The notes beneath the pieces were generated by a model. The model did not search any database. It was not told where the DNA came from and saw only the letters and a list, made by a program, of their open reading frames with translations. 64,000 nt of DNA from Candidatus Poribacteria bacterium. Lineage in GTDB: Bacteria; Poribacteria; WGA-4E; PCPOR2b. The position numbers and the translations under genes are program-made. The stretch spans positions 2,624,001 through 2,688,000 of the forward strand of contig OZ242351.1 of assembly GCA_965208675.1 (NCBI GenBank). The letters run 5' to 3'. Shown piece after piece: positions 1 through 10,527 of this stretch (position 1 is the stretch's first letter; the number at the start of each line of letters is the position of its first letter).

Positions 1-661
1 TGTAGGTTGTGGGTAATCCTCGGTTGGTCGAGACGACAATTTCCTTATCTTCCGGAACGACGCCAATCAAATTGATTGATAAAATATCAATAATGTCATC
101 CGGATTCATCATATCACCCGATTCGACCATTTTAGGCGCAAGGCGGTTGATAATCAACCCCATGTCATCTATTTCCATGTTCATCAATAATCCGATGATC
201 CGATCGGCGTCTCTTACTGACGTAACTTCCGGTGTTGTTACGATAATTGCTACATCAGCACCTACTGCCGCGTTACGAAACCCCTGTTCAATCCCGGCGG
301 GAGAATCAACAAGAACATAATCGTACTCTTCTTTCAACTCGAGACAAATCTTTTTCATCTGTTCGGGTTGAATATCATTTTTATTATTCTTCTGAGAAGC
401 AGCTAGGAGGTGTAAATCCTTCGTGCGCCGATCCTTGACAAGCGCTTTATCGAGATCGCAAGTACCCTCAATCACATCCATTGAGGTGTAAACCACACGG
501 CTTTCCAATCCCATAATGACATCAAGGTTTCTTAACCCAATGTCCGCATCAACAACAACGACCCTTTGGTTCAGTAAGGCCAAAGCAGTTCCTAGATTTG
601 CTGTGGAAGTACTTTTGCCAACCCCCCCTTTTCCGGAGGTAACCACAATTACTTTCCCCAT
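1..661 (-). CDS. minD: Septum site-determining ATPase MinD (3' end runs off the window)
   Basis: Read manually from ATG at 661: MGKVIVVTSGKGGVGKSTSTANLG...DADIGLRNLDVIMGLESRVVY...DSPAGIEQGF...TTPEVTSVRDADRIIG. It has the deviant Walker A and MinD signatures and lies directly downstream of minC. Confidence 0.96.
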   Translation of the reverse strand, partial: MGKVIVVTSGKGGVGKSTSTANLGTALALLNQRVVVVDADIGLRNLDVIMGLESRVVYTSMDVIEGTCDLDKALVKDRRTKDLHLLAASQKNNKNDIQPEQMKKICLELKEEYDYVLVDSPAGIEQGFRNAAVGADVAIIVTTPEVTSVRDADRIIGLLMNMEIDDMGLIINRLAPKMVESGDMMNPDDIIDILSINLIGVVPEDKEIVVSTNRGLPTTY

Positions 662-739
662 GGGTTTTACCATCCTTTCATTCAATTATTCTCATTAGTT
701 GCTCGAGGAAATTAAATTCCACCTAAAAATTGGATGTAT

Positions 740-1522
740 TCATGCAGATTGCAGTCCACTGTAATCCTCAACGATGATGGCCTTTTCGCGAATTCGGGCA
801 ATTTCCACTTTCTGACGCGACGCCTGCCGTCCACTCGGCGGGCGTGTAATGAACTGCCCAATTCTCAATTGGGTCGGTACCAGATTTAAAGCGATTATTA
901 CCGATGAGGTGTCACCGAGCGCCCCCGCATGAGCAACACCGCGCAATACTCCAAGCACGATGATGTCACCTGTCGCTATCACTTCCGCTCCGGGGTTTAC
1001 ATCGCCTAAAACAATCATGTTCCCCTCTAAGAAGCGTTCAACCTGCCCGGATCGCAAGGTGTGTCGGATATATCGAACTTCCTCTATTTTCGGCAAAAAA
1101 TTATTCTTGATGGTATTTTCTTCGCGATGGAGCGCTGGGGCGCCCCTAATCTTCCGTTTCGGCGTCGGTTCATTTGCCCAATCTGCCACCGGCTCATGTA
1201 TCTCATTGTCCGCCGGTTCATTTTCACGGCCCATTCCATCCAAGAGCCGTTCAACTTCTAAGCCGTAGGTCTCATGCAGCAGCATTTTGACGCGATTCAT
1301 TTCTTCATCACTCAGGGTTTCGTTTCGAATATCAATGTTCATCGTTGTTCCAGCAAGGGAATACCCCAAGTTTGCCATCCGCTTCTTTATCGCGAGTTCT
1401 ACCTGCTCTATTGATGCATCTGGTGCAATGATTAACCGTAAGCTGTCACGAAATCCTTTTAGTTCGACAATTGGGTGTGACACATTTTTCACTGGTAGTC
1501 TCCCTGTGCAAAAAATTGCCAA
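740..1522 (-). CDS. minC: Septum site-determining protein MinC
   Basis: C-terminal TLRSGQ...GDVNPGAEVIATGDIIVLGVLRGVAHAGALGD...QLRIG motif, adjacent to minD. The true start may be slightly downstream. Confidence 0.93.
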   Translation of the reverse strand: MAIFCTGRLPVKNVSHPIVELKGFRDSLRLIIAPDASIEQVELAIKKRMANLGYSLAGTTMNIDIRNETLSDEEMNRVKMLLHETYGLEVERLLDGMGRENEPADNEIHEPVADWANEPTPKRKIRGAPALHREENTIKNNFLPKIEEVRYIRHTLRSGQVERFLEGNMIVLGDVNPGAEVIATGDIIVLGVLRGVAHAGALGDTSSVIIALNLVPTQLRIGQFITRPPSGRQASRQKVEIARIREKAIIVEDYSGLQSA

Positions 1523-1552
1523 TTAACGGGGTAAGGTATACTCACGCCCTAT

Positions 1553-2848
1553 TTAAGACATCTTTTCGACTGTTGCCAAAACGTAGGGACCGTCTGGAAT
1601 CGCCGCAATTTTAGCATCTGACCCGTGTTTTGAAAGTACAAGCTCAATTCCTTCTTCAAGGGTTGCTACCGGACGCACAAAGAGGTTTTCCAATTGATTG
1701 TGTGGAATACCGCCGGCATAACAATAAATTGCAGCTTTTCTTACTGCCTTTGCCAGTTCTTCAAGCTGCCACTGATCGATGATAAAGTTCGCCGAGTTGA
1801 AAATACCTTGAACAAACTGTTCAAGGTCCTGGGTTTTCAGGATGAGTTCCGTAAAGGATTCACTACCGATACCCTGACTACATTCAGCCACAAGAATTAT
1901 GCTTCCATTGGGCTTGACAATCTCCGCGGCAGCCAACACGCCCTTAATCGCTTGATAAAACGTCGCGTCTAGTGGATAACCGGCACCCGACACGACTACC
2001 GCGTCTACTGGACGCGGCAGCGTCGCTTTCACTTGTTTCTCAACGAATTTGGCACCGGCTAGGTGTGCTTTAACCAAATCGCCGGCAAATACGCCGGTTA
2101 ACCTTCGCCGACTATCAATCGCTACATTGACACTGAAATCGACACCCGCCATCAGGGCAATTTCTGTGGCTTCGATATGAAATGGATTGTCCGCCATCAC
2201 TCCCACGGATGCCTTTGGATGCTCAAGGATTTTCGGACCGTGCATTGTTTTAATCGTTTCGACCGAAACTAAACCTGGACAGACCGCCTTGCGTCCACCA
2301 GAATATCCTGCCATCAGGTGCGGTTCAATCAAAGAGGTAGTGATCTTGAGATCGGATTCCAAATAGGTTTTATCAATATGAACAGGAGTGCCATTCCGTG
2401 TTAAACCGAGGTATTTGTGCGTTTGGGGTTCTTGAGCAAGATGATTAACAATCCGGTAGCTATTTAAGATATCGCGCCCAACCATCTCCTCCAACTCTTT
2501 CCCTTCATTGGGGCGATGGATTCCTGTAGCAATTAAAATTGTAATTTTTTCGCGCGGGATGCGTTGTAGTTCCAAAGTTCGAAGGATAGGCGGAAGAATC
2601 AATTGATTGGGAACCGGGCGTGTTACATCCGAAATAACCACACAAGCGGAGGTGCGATTCGCCGCTAATTCGCTCAATGGCGCTGAATCAATCGGTGACT
2701 TGAGCGCTTCCCAAATTGATTGTTCTGCATCGGCAAGTGGAACAGATTGTTGGACATTTAAAACCCCTGCCAAATTTTGGTCGGGAATTTCAACTTCCAA
2801 AGTTCCTCGACCATATCTCATCCCGACTCGCACTGGTAAAAACCTCAA
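1553..2848 (-). CDS. larA: LarA-family nickel-pincer-dependent alpha-hydroxy-acid racemase/epimerase
   Basis: Motifs SDVTRPVPN, ATGIHRP, PHLMAGYSGGRK and GYPLDATFYQAIK. Substrate is not determinable from sequence alone. Confidence 0.85.
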   Translation of the reverse strand: MRFLPVRVGMRYGRGTLEVEIPDQNLAGVLNVQQSVPLADAEQSIWEALKSPIDSAPLSELAANRTSACVVISDVTRPVPNQLILPPILRTLELQRIPREKITILIATGIHRPNEGKELEEMVGRDILNSYRIVNHLAQEPQTHKYLGLTRNGTPVHIDKTYLESDLKITTSLIEPHLMAGYSGGRKAVCPGLVSVETIKTMHGPKILEHPKASVGVMADNPFHIEATEIALMAGVDFSVNVAIDSRRRLTGVFAGDLVKAHLAGAKFVEKQVKATLPRPVDAVVVSGAGYPLDATFYQAIKGVLAAAEIVKPNGSIILVAECSQGIGSESFTELILKTQDLEQFVQGIFNSANFIIDQWQLEELAKAVRKAAIYCYAGGIPHNQLENLFVRPVATLEEGIELVLSKHGSDAKIAAIPDGPYVLATVEKMS

Positions 2849-3253
2849 TTCTGCTTGAAAAACATAATGCCGTTATAAACCGGATTGGCGTATCGCGCTA
2901 GTCATTTTGAGAAATATATATTTTCACTATAACGTAACATAACGCTCAGAGTTTTCAATTGGATTCAAAAAAAACTCGAATTTAATCAGAAAAACACAAA
3001 TTAATTCCGAATTGAGCTATTGGTAGTAAGTTCTTTGGCATATTTTTGATTTTAGGTTGAGCACAATTCGATTTTTCAGCATCAACCGCCGCAAGCGGGG
3101 CATCTTGCACCGCATCACTCTCATCGTACAACTGCGTTAGTCCTAACATTTTTTTAGTCTAGAACGTTCGCCGCAAAAGTTGCATTTTCACATTTCGGAA
3201 AGATAGCTTAACACATCCTCAATATTTTTGCAAGTTGCAGGCGTGAGTAACTA

Positions 3254-3454
3254 GGGCGTGTTGACATTTGGCATCCCGTGGGTTGAATTGAACGGTCAAA
3301 CGGCAGTCCCTATCAAGTACAAAGGAATCTTTTGTAACACAATCTGTTAGATTGTGATCCCAGCCCGCAAACTAACAGTTTGCGCTACTTATATCAGATT
3401 ATCCAATGGTGACAACGTTTGCCGAATCAGTAGCCGCAAAATGTCAACAGAACC
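3254..3454. mobile_element. MITE-like element (~200 bp) with IS5-type ends
   Basis: Terminal inverted repeats GGGCGTGTTGACATTT ... AAATGTCAACAGAACC (11-bp perfect core), flanked by TA within CTAG on both sides. Internal palindromes CACAATCT-gtt-AGATTGTG and CGCAAACT-aac-AGTTTGCG. No ORF. Confidence 0.6.
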
Positions 3455-3856
3455 TAGATTGAACCCTGTTTAGAACCGTAATCGGCGGCTCTGCCAACCG
3501 CATGTTCAAACTGGCCGCGCAATTTCGTTTATGGATGATGACCCAAATGACTCAACGCATTTCAATACCATCAATCCACGACCTTCCAAAGACGAAGGGT
3601 GATTATGAATTTAAAAATGCCTTGACAAAACAAGGTAGAATCGGCAAAAATGCAGTATGATACAATTTCATCTGCGCCAACGTTGAAAACCATTAACACG
3701 AACACCGGTTTAAGAATCGCTTGGACCGAGTTGGCAAAACATGTTTCCCTTGAAAACCACCAGCTGCTAGGCACATAAGTTTAAATTCAGTCGCGGCGAG
3801 GGTAGTTTTTTAACGCAAACTCCAAAGGGAAAGCAATCTTAGGGAGAAAAGAAACC

Positions 3857-4240
3857 GTGCAACAGGTAGTTGTTACCACTAAACCGAACGGCGCTGGGCG
3901 CAGTTGGTTGGAGGTCGGTAATTTTGAAATCGATCAATTCAACCGTAAACAGTGGGTAAAACGAAACGTGCCGTATCAGGATCGACGTTTGAAAACCGAT
4001 CGTCGATACTCGGATCGGGGCGAAACGGTTGATTGGATTATACTCATTCCCGACGATTATCCGATGTCCCTCGTCAAGGTGAATTATGACAGGTTAAATC
4101 CCAGAAACGTAGAAGTTCTCTGGGAACCGGCCAGTACCTCAGATGTAGACCGCGACACAAAGATAAAACGTGCTCTTGAACTGGCGGCTGGGAATGAAGA
4201 GTTGGAAAACTTACTTAAGGAATTGCTCGCCGCGCAATGA
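3857..4240 (+). CDS. Hypothetical protein (127 aa)
   Basis: GTG start with AGGGAG RBS upstream, plausible composition and a downstream hairpin near 4335-4359. No recognised family. Confidence 0.7.
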   Translation: MQQVVVTTKPNGAGRSWLEVGNFEIDQFNRKQWVKRNVPYQDRRLKTDRRYSDRGETVDWIILIPDDYPMSLVKVNYDRLNPRNVEVLWEPASTSDVDRDTKIKRALELAAGNEELENLLKELLAAQ

Positions 4241-4449
4241 TAATCCGGTAACCGGAGAGTGGATGCAAATTGACACCAGTGAGATGCAATTTGAACAAAT
4301 TATGTATACACGGCTCAGGAAACATCAGTAAACTTCTGCCGCGGCTTTAGCGCGGCAGATGGCGGAAATTTCAATCTTCACGGAGTTCCCGATGTCCACG
4401 TTTCAATGCAACGGCATCAATCCATTTTACGATTTCGCAAGGAGTACAT

Positions 4450-5472
4450 ATGAATCACATTGTGACCCGGGAGGAACTTTGTCGAAGTATTGAACTGGTT
4501 CCTCAAGTTGACATTGGTCACTTCCCAACACCCCTAGAAGAATGCCCCCGCTTATCCGAGGCATTGGGCGGGCCTCGCATTTTTATGAAACGGGAAGATT
4601 GTTCAGGGCTTGCGTTTGGAGGAAACAAGGTCCGACAGTTGACGTTCACAATTGGCGAAGCAGTCCATCGCGGTGCAGACACCATCGTTCACGGTGCAGC
4701 GTCACAATCGAACCACTGCCGCCAAACCGCCGCTGCCGCCGCTCGATTGGGATTGAAGTGTTACCTGCGGTTGTCACGAGGGCAGAAAAGCACGCTGCAA
4801 GGAAATCTACTCTTGGATTATCTCGCCGGTGCGGACGTTGAACTCGTCGATCTCCCTATTGGCCCTGAATTGGATGCGATTAAATACGCCACGGCGGAGG
4901 AACTGGCAGCAGCGGGTCTCAAGCCATACGTCATTGCACACCCCCGATCGACTGCCCTAGCGGCTGTGGCTTTTGCGTGGTGTGTCACTGAAATCCATGC
5001 GCAACAGCAGGAATTAGGAATTGAGGCAGACTGGATTTATGCAGGATCGACCGGCGGTACCCAAGCGGGGTTAATCCTCGGATCAAAAGCGCTAGGAATG
5101 AAATTGAAACCCGTAGGAATCACTCCGATTCGTTGGGATGATCGGGTCGAGCGAATCCGAAATGCTGCAAATGATGCCGCGAAGATTCTAAATTTAAACC
5201 TACAAATCGCTGATGATGAGGTAGAAAACTCAGACGATTACGTCGGGGAGGCGTATGGTGTAGTCTCTTCCGAATGCATTGACGCCTTGAAAGTGGTCGC
5301 CCGGACCGAGGGCATCTTCCTGGATCCGGTGTACACCAGCAAAGCCTTTGCCGGCTTAATTGACCATGTTAGAAAGGGCAAGATTACTTCCGATGAAACT
5401 GTGATTTTCTTGCACACCGGTGGAACTCCGGCACTATTTGCTTATAACGAAGAGCTATTTGCAACGGACTAA
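4450..5472 (+). CDS. PLP-dependent D-cysteine desulfhydrase / ACC deaminase family protein
   Basis: Motifs PTPLE, KREDCSGLAFGGNKVRQL, QSNHCRQTA, TGGTQAGL, EGIFLDPVYTSKA and FLHTGG. Confidence 0.92.
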   Translation: MNHIVTREELCRSIELVPQVDIGHFPTPLEECPRLSEALGGPRIFMKREDCSGLAFGGNKVRQLTFTIGEAVHRGADTIVHGAASQSNHCRQTAAAAARLGLKCYLRLSRGQKSTLQGNLLLDYLAGADVELVDLPIGPELDAIKYATAEELAAAGLKPYVIAHPRSTALAAVAFAWCVTEIHAQQQELGIEADWIYAGSTGGTQAGLILGSKALGMKLKPVGITPIRWDDRVERIRNAANDAAKILNLNLQIADDEVENSDDYVGEAYGVVSSECIDALKVVARTEGIFLDPVYTSKAFAGLIDHVRKGKITSDETVIFLHTGGTPALFAYNEELFATD

Positions 5473-5499
5473 TAATGAATCAGGCGAAGGCTCGTGCGC

Positions 5500-6576
5500 T
5501 TACGGAATCTGATACCGCCGGGCGTCTGCGGTTTCGACTACATCGCCGCTCAGAGAGATACCCAACTTCTCTGCCCAGTCCTGTATCTGCCGATAGATGG
5601 TGTCCGGCACTTCAACTCCGTGAACTAGACGCTCAACCCGTGAACTGTGCTCAAAATCACCAGGCACCAATACTTCATCAAAGCCGCGTGCCGGCGGTGT
5701 TTTCTTGATGTCGTCTAGAAATCCGCGAACACGCCGCTGGTAGGCCTCCAACGGTGCAAAAGCGCGGGGATCAATTACTTGCATAAACGTACCGCCCATC
5801 GCTCCCCGCTCAGCGTTGAAGCCTTCAGACAATCCTCCAAGCAGGCAAATTAGGAGCGAGAGCGCGTAACCCTTATGTCCGCCGAACGGCAGTAGGAATC
5901 CGCCGTCGTAATAATCCTCCGTTTTGACGCTTGGGTTGCCATGTTTATCAATAATGCAACCCTCCGGAAGTTCGGAATTTTTGCTTTCGGCGACCATGAT
6001 TTTGCCCCCGGCAATCTTCGCTGTGGCGAAATCAATGATGAAGGGCACGTCATCACCCGTGGGAACCCCAATAGCAATCGGGTTGGTTCCCAACATGCCG
6101 CTTGCGCCGCCAAAAGGCACAATCTTTTTGCCTACCCGCTCGCCTCTGCCATAGGTAATGATACCGATGCATCCCGAATGTGCCGCAATTTCTACATATT
6201 CCCCCAACCGCCCGATATGTCCGGTACCTACGAAGCTCACGCAACAGACACCGGTTTCTCTTGCTTTCTCAATTGCCAGTTTCGTTGCTTTTCTGGCAGT
6301 GTAGTGCCCAAAACCCCACTGCCCATCAATAAATAGGGTGTTGGCGGTCTCTTTGACTACCTTTGGTTCCGCACCGGGATGGATTATTCCTTTTGAAATA
6401 TCGGACAAATAGTGGGGCACACGAAGCACACCGTGTGAGTCATGTCCAGTAAGGTTGGCGTTGACCAGAACCTCTGCCACGACATCAGCAATATGACGGA
6501 GCGCGCCTGCTTCCGTCAACAATCGCCGGGTAATCGCGTGAAGATAACTGGCTTGAAAGCAGTGTGCTTTTTCCAC
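5500..6576 (-). CDS. Ldh_2 family (AllD/ComC-type) NAD(P)-dependent oxidoreductase, paralog 2
   Basis: GHDSHGV, GHIGRLGEY, GTNPIAIGVP, DFAT and LLPFGGHKGYAL. Start moved to GTG 6576 because of a TAGGAG RBS and alignment with the paralog's start. Confidence 0.9.
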   Translation of the reverse strand: MEKAHCFQASYLHAITRRLLTEAGALRHIADVVAEVLVNANLTGHDSHGVLRVPHYLSDISKGIIHPGAEPKVVKETANTLFIDGQWGFGHYTARKATKLAIEKARETGVCCVSFVGTGHIGRLGEYVEIAAHSGCIGIITYGRGERVGKKIVPFGGASGMLGTNPIAIGVPTGDDVPFIIDFATAKIAGGKIMVAESKNSELPEGCIIDKHGNPSVKTEDYYDGGFLLPFGGHKGYALSLLICLLGGLSEGFNAERGAMGGTFMQVIDPRAFAPLEAYQRRVRGFLDDIKKTPPARGFDEVLVPGDFEHSSRVERLVHGVEVPDTIYRQIQDWAEKLGISLSGDVVETADARRYQIP

Positions 6577-6853
6577 AGCTTTCGCTCCTACTTTGACCGA
6601 GCATTTCTGCTGCAAAACGGGCAACTTACGCGCAATTATAGCGGCATTAACAGTGGTAGGTAGTAGGAAATCCGCTTGATAATTAAGTACCCATTAGCCT
6701 AGGATGATTTGCGTTTCGCGCAGCAAATCAACTCGCACAGCGGAGTAGAAACGGACTCTGCAAACATTATGCGGGATTTACACCAGAAACAAGGAATAAT
6801 GCCCAATCTGTAGTGAAATTTACACTATGCGCGTTACAATTTTCCTATCGCGT

Positions 6854-7933
6854 TCACGAGACAAGATATCGATCTACATCGGCGGTTTCGACCACTTCCT
6901 CACCCAGAGTAACACCCAACTTTTCCGCCCATTCTCGGGTACGTTTGTAGTAAATGGCGTCCGGAACATCAATGCCGTTAGCCAAGCGGTGCCGACGTGA
7001 ACGGCGCTCAAAATCACCGGGTACCAAGACCTCGTCAAAGCCGGGTGCCGGCGGCGATGCCTTGATATTGTCTAGGAATTCACGAACATTCCGCTGGTAC
7101 GTTTCCACAGGCGCAAATGCATTTATGTTAATCACCTGCATGAATATACCGCCGACGTAGTCCTTCTCGGCATCAAAGTCTCCATGCTGGAAGCCAAGCA
7201 GACAAGTCAGCAGTGAAAGTGCATAACCCTTGTGCCCGCCAAACGGAAGCAGCGCTCCGCCATCCCAATAATCCGCCGATTTGACGGTTGGATTCCCGTG
7301 TTTATCAACAATGCACCCTTCGGGAAGATCTTCGCCTTTACTGTCCGCAAATTCAATTTTTGCGCCGGCAATCACGCTTGTGGCAAAATCGATGATGAAC
7401 GGCGTATCATCACCGGTCGGAACACCGACGGCGATCGGGTTAGTCTCAAGTGCACCCTTCGCACCCCCGAATGGCGCGACAAACCCCTTGTCTATCCCGC
7501 TGTATCCAACTGTGATGATGCCAATGCACCCCGCTCGCACAGCAACCTCGGCATACTCTCCCAGCCTGCCGATGTGCCCGGTGCGCAGGAAACTCACACA
7601 GCAGACATCAGACTGTTTAGCTTTTTCAATCGCCAAATCCATCGCCTTCCGTGCAATGTAGTGCCCAAATGCCTTGTTCCCGTCAATGTGAAGCGTGCTA
7701 GCTGTCTCTTTGACCACTTTCGGTTCGGCATCCGGGTCAAGTCGCCCTTCTGCGATGTCCAGCAAATAGCGGGGGACGTGAAGCACACCGTGTGAATCAT
7801 GACCGACAAGGTTGGAATTGACCAAAATTTCGGCAACGGTATCGGCAATATGACGCGGCGTGCCTGCTGCCATGAATAGCCGCCGCGTGATCGCGTGAAG
7901 ATGGCTCGCTTGAAAGTGATGAGTCGTTTCCAT
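6854..7933 (-). CDS. Ldh_2 family NAD(P)-dependent oxidoreductase, paralog 1
   Basis: Same motifs (GHDSHGV, GHIGRLGEY, TNPIAVGVP, LLPFGGHKGYAL). Colinear tandem duplicate of 5500-6576. Confidence 0.92.
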   Translation of the reverse strand: METTHHFQASHLHAITRRLFMAAGTPRHIADTVAEILVNSNLVGHDSHGVLHVPRYLLDIAEGRLDPDAEPKVVKETASTLHIDGNKAFGHYIARKAMDLAIEKAKQSDVCCVSFLRTGHIGRLGEYAEVAVRAGCIGIITVGYSGIDKGFVAPFGGAKGALETNPIAVGVPTGDDTPFIIDFATSVIAGAKIEFADSKGEDLPEGCIVDKHGNPTVKSADYWDGGALLPFGGHKGYALSLLTCLLGFQHGDFDAEKDYVGGIFMQVININAFAPVETYQRNVREFLDNIKASPPAPGFDEVLVPGDFERRSRRHRLANGIDVPDAIYYKRTREWAEKLGVTLGEEVVETADVDRYLVS

Positions 7934-7959
7934 ATCTTGCAGCGCCCCTTAAAATGGTT

Positions 7960-8808
7960 TTAGCTTAACCTGTAAAACTGGATAGCGTTGTCGTGGAATA
8001 ATTTGTTGGTTTCATCCTCAGAATAGTCTTGCACCGCCCACTTCAGGGTATCAACCCACCGCGGATACTCCGTTGCGGCCGTCGAAACAGGCCAATCACT
8101 TCCGTACATCACGCGCTCAAAACTGAAGCATTCTATCACATGTTCAATGTACGGCTTCATATCCTCCCGAGTCCAATTCTCGTGATCGGCTTCCGTTGCT
8201 AAGCCAGAAATTTTGCAGACGATATTCGGAAATTCGGACAGTGTTTTTAATTCGCCCCTCCACGGGTCGAAGATTTGCCCTTTAATATCGGGTTTTGCAA
8301 TGTGATCCAATATAAAATGGATATTCGGACACTGCTCCACCATCTTAATGGTATTTGCCAACTGCGGGTGACGGATACAGATGTCAAAGCTGAAACCAAA
8401 TTCTTCGAGAATTTGTACCCCTTTTATGAAATTCGGCTGTACACAAAATTCAATGCTTTCGCCTTCAATAACGTGACGTACTCCTTTGACTATTTGAATA
8501 TCAGCCAGTTTTTCTAATACTGGTCTGACTTCCTCCCCATTATAAACGGGCGCTTCGGCTACAATCCCTTTAAGCCTAGCATCGTCTCTTGCCAGAGAAG
8601 CCACCCATTCCGCTTCCACGACTCCATCATACCCGCCGCATTGCACAAAGACCAGCGCTTCAATATTAATTTCTCCATGGGCGGCTCGATATTCCGCTAA
8701 CGCATGCGGTTTAGCAAATGATGGCGGTGCATCTTCAAGCCACGGATATCTCAACGCACCTTGATCCCATAAGTGAACATGGGTATCAACAATTGGAATG
8801 TTTTTCAA
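7960..8808 (-). CDS. Amidohydrolase_2 family, sugar-lactonase-like (L-fucono-1,5-lactonase type)
   Basis: DTHVHLWD, LDHIAKP, CKISGL and YGSDWPV motifs. Confidence 0.88.
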   Translation of the reverse strand: MKNIPIVDTHVHLWDQGALRYPWLEDAPPSFAKPHALAEYRAAHGEINIEALVFVQCGGYDGVVEAEWVASLARDDARLKGIVAEAPVYNGEEVRPVLEKLADIQIVKGVRHVIEGESIEFCVQPNFIKGVQILEEFGFSFDICIRHPQLANTIKMVEQCPNIHFILDHIAKPDIKGQIFDPWRGELKTLSEFPNIVCKISGLATEADHENWTREDMKPYIEHVIECFSFERVMYGSDWPVSTAATEYPRWVDTLKWAVQDYSEDETNKLFHDNAIQFYRLS

Positions 8809-9446
8809 TGTTCAACTCCTTTTTGAAAAGAATGAATTAGCCGACTTGCGTCATTTAAATCAGCGGGAGTATTGATGTTAAAAAACGAATGCCCGTGCGG
8901 ATCGAACTGCCGCCATTCGGACGGCGGGACAACACGAACAGAGATTCGGCTGTATAATGCATGGACGCGCAGTTCACCCTCGGCGAACATCTGCTTGATG
9001 GCAGACAAGCACTTCTTGGAATATACGGCGGACAGTGTTTGAAATTTGGGGTCAGAGGGATTCGAATCCTCGACATACGGAACAACGGCATCGTCTTCGC
9101 CCAAGATTGTGGTCAAATAAGACAATAGTCTCGGCTGCAGCAGCGGCATATCGCAAGCAACGCAGATTACGGCGGGATTGTCTGCGCGGGTGAGGCCGGT
9201 ATATATACCGCCCAATGCACCCATGTTTGGAACAACATCTGTATACATCCGCACGCCTAGATGCCCAAACTGCGATGGGGTGTTCGTAATCAGTAGGAGA
9301 TTAGTCGTGACCAATCTCATTTGACAAAGCGTGTGTTCAATAAGTGTGGCACATCCAAGCCGCATTAGCGCCTTGTTCTGCCCCATTCGACGGCTGCTTC
9401 CGCCAGCGAGGATGATTCCTGTTGTGGAGTCCTTGACGGTTTGCAT
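8805..9446 (-). CDS. mobA: Molybdenum cofactor guanylyltransferase
   Basis: ILAGGSSRRMGQNKAL, GALGGI, VACDMP and FFNINTP. Overlaps the next gene by 4 bp. Confidence 0.9.
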   Translation of the reverse strand: MQTVKDSTTGIILAGGSSRRMGQNKALMRLGCATLIEHTLCQMRLVTTNLLLITNTPSQFGHLGVRMYTDVVPNMGALGGIYTGLTRADNPAVICVACDMPLLQPRLLSYLTTILGEDDAVVPYVEDSNPSDPKFQTLSAVYSKKCLSAIKQMFAEGELRVHALYSRISVRVVPPSEWRQFDPHGHSFFNINTPADLNDASRLIHSFQKGVEH

Positions 9447-9594
9447 GATATTTTATCCATCATATCATTCTGGCCTAGCCGCGTCAACAGAAAATCTAAA
9501 ATTTCAGAAATCATCATTGACGGATTACAGCTATTCTGATAGGCTGCAACTGCCTTGATTTCTGAGTTCAATCCCTCATTGTAAAGGAAGACTT

Positions 9595-10437
9595 ATGCAG
9601 ATTGGAATTTTCGCGAAGACGTTTATTCGCCCAACGCTTGAAGAAACCTTGGATGCCGTGAAGGCATACGGATTGGGCTGCGTGCAATTCAACATGGTCT
9701 GCGCCGGGTTGCCGTCTATGCCTGACCGCATAAAGGTTGAACACTGCGATGCCATCCGCCGAGAGATGTCAAGGCGGGACATCACGATGGCAGCATTGTC
9801 CGGTACGTTTAACATGATTCACCCCGATGTTCAGAACCGCCGCACCGGGCTGCGGCGGCTGCGTGAACTCGCGTCTGTATGCAAACGGCTTGGCACATCA
9901 GTGATTACGTTGTGCACGGGCACGCGGGATCCCGACAACATGTGGCGTCGCCACCCTGAAAACGATTCGCCGCAGGCGTGGAAAGACCTAATTGCATCAA
10001 TGAGGGAAGCGCTGCAAATTGCAGAGGAACACGGCGTCACACTCGCTTTTGAACCCGAAGTGTCGAATGTGGTGGATTCAGCGAGAAAAGGCCGCCGTCT
10101 GCTTGATGAGATGCAGTCGCCGTACTTGAAAGTGGTGATGGATGCCGCCAACATCTTTCACACTGGCGAACTGCCGCGCATGCGCGAAATTCTAGATGAA
10201 GCGTTTGCCCTCTTAGGCGAGGATATCGTTATTGCACATGCCAAAGACTTGAGCCGCGACGGTGAAGCGGGGGACGCACCTGCGGGTCGAGGGGTTTTGG
10301 ATTACGTCTATTATCTGTCCCTGCTACACAAAACTGGATTCGACGGCCCCTTGATACTTCACGGCCTCGCGGAAGCAGAGGTTCAGGAGAGTGTGGATTT
10401 CCTTCGTGGGAAACTTCAGGGTGTAGATAAGAATTAA
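9595..10437 (+). CDS. Sugar phosphate isomerase/epimerase (AP_endonuc_2 TIM barrel)
   Basis: LAFEPE, VMDAAN, AHAKD and GRGVLDY motifs. Confidence 0.88.
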   Translation: MQIGIFAKTFIRPTLEETLDAVKAYGLGCVQFNMVCAGLPSMPDRIKVEHCDAIRREMSRRDITMAALSGTFNMIHPDVQNRRTGLRRLRELASVCKRLGTSVITLCTGTRDPDNMWRRHPENDSPQAWKDLIASMREALQIAEEHGVTLAFEPEVSNVVDSARKGRRLLDEMQSPYLKVVMDAANIFHTGELPRMREILDEAFALLGEDIVIAHAKDLSRDGEAGDAPAGRGVLDYVYYLSLLHKTGFDGPLILHGLAEAEVQESVDFLRGKLQGVDKN

Positions 10438-10527
10438 TTCTCTCTTTTTTTTTCAAACAAGCTCTAAGAAACGACTGATTTTGTGCATCTTATACCCGCA
10501 GAGACCAATGCATTAAGGTGCTTTCCC

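Noticed and set aside
2925-2945. Zur-like site upstream of larA (TATAACGTAACATAAC)
   Set aside because: Only half-site matches and no proper palindrome.
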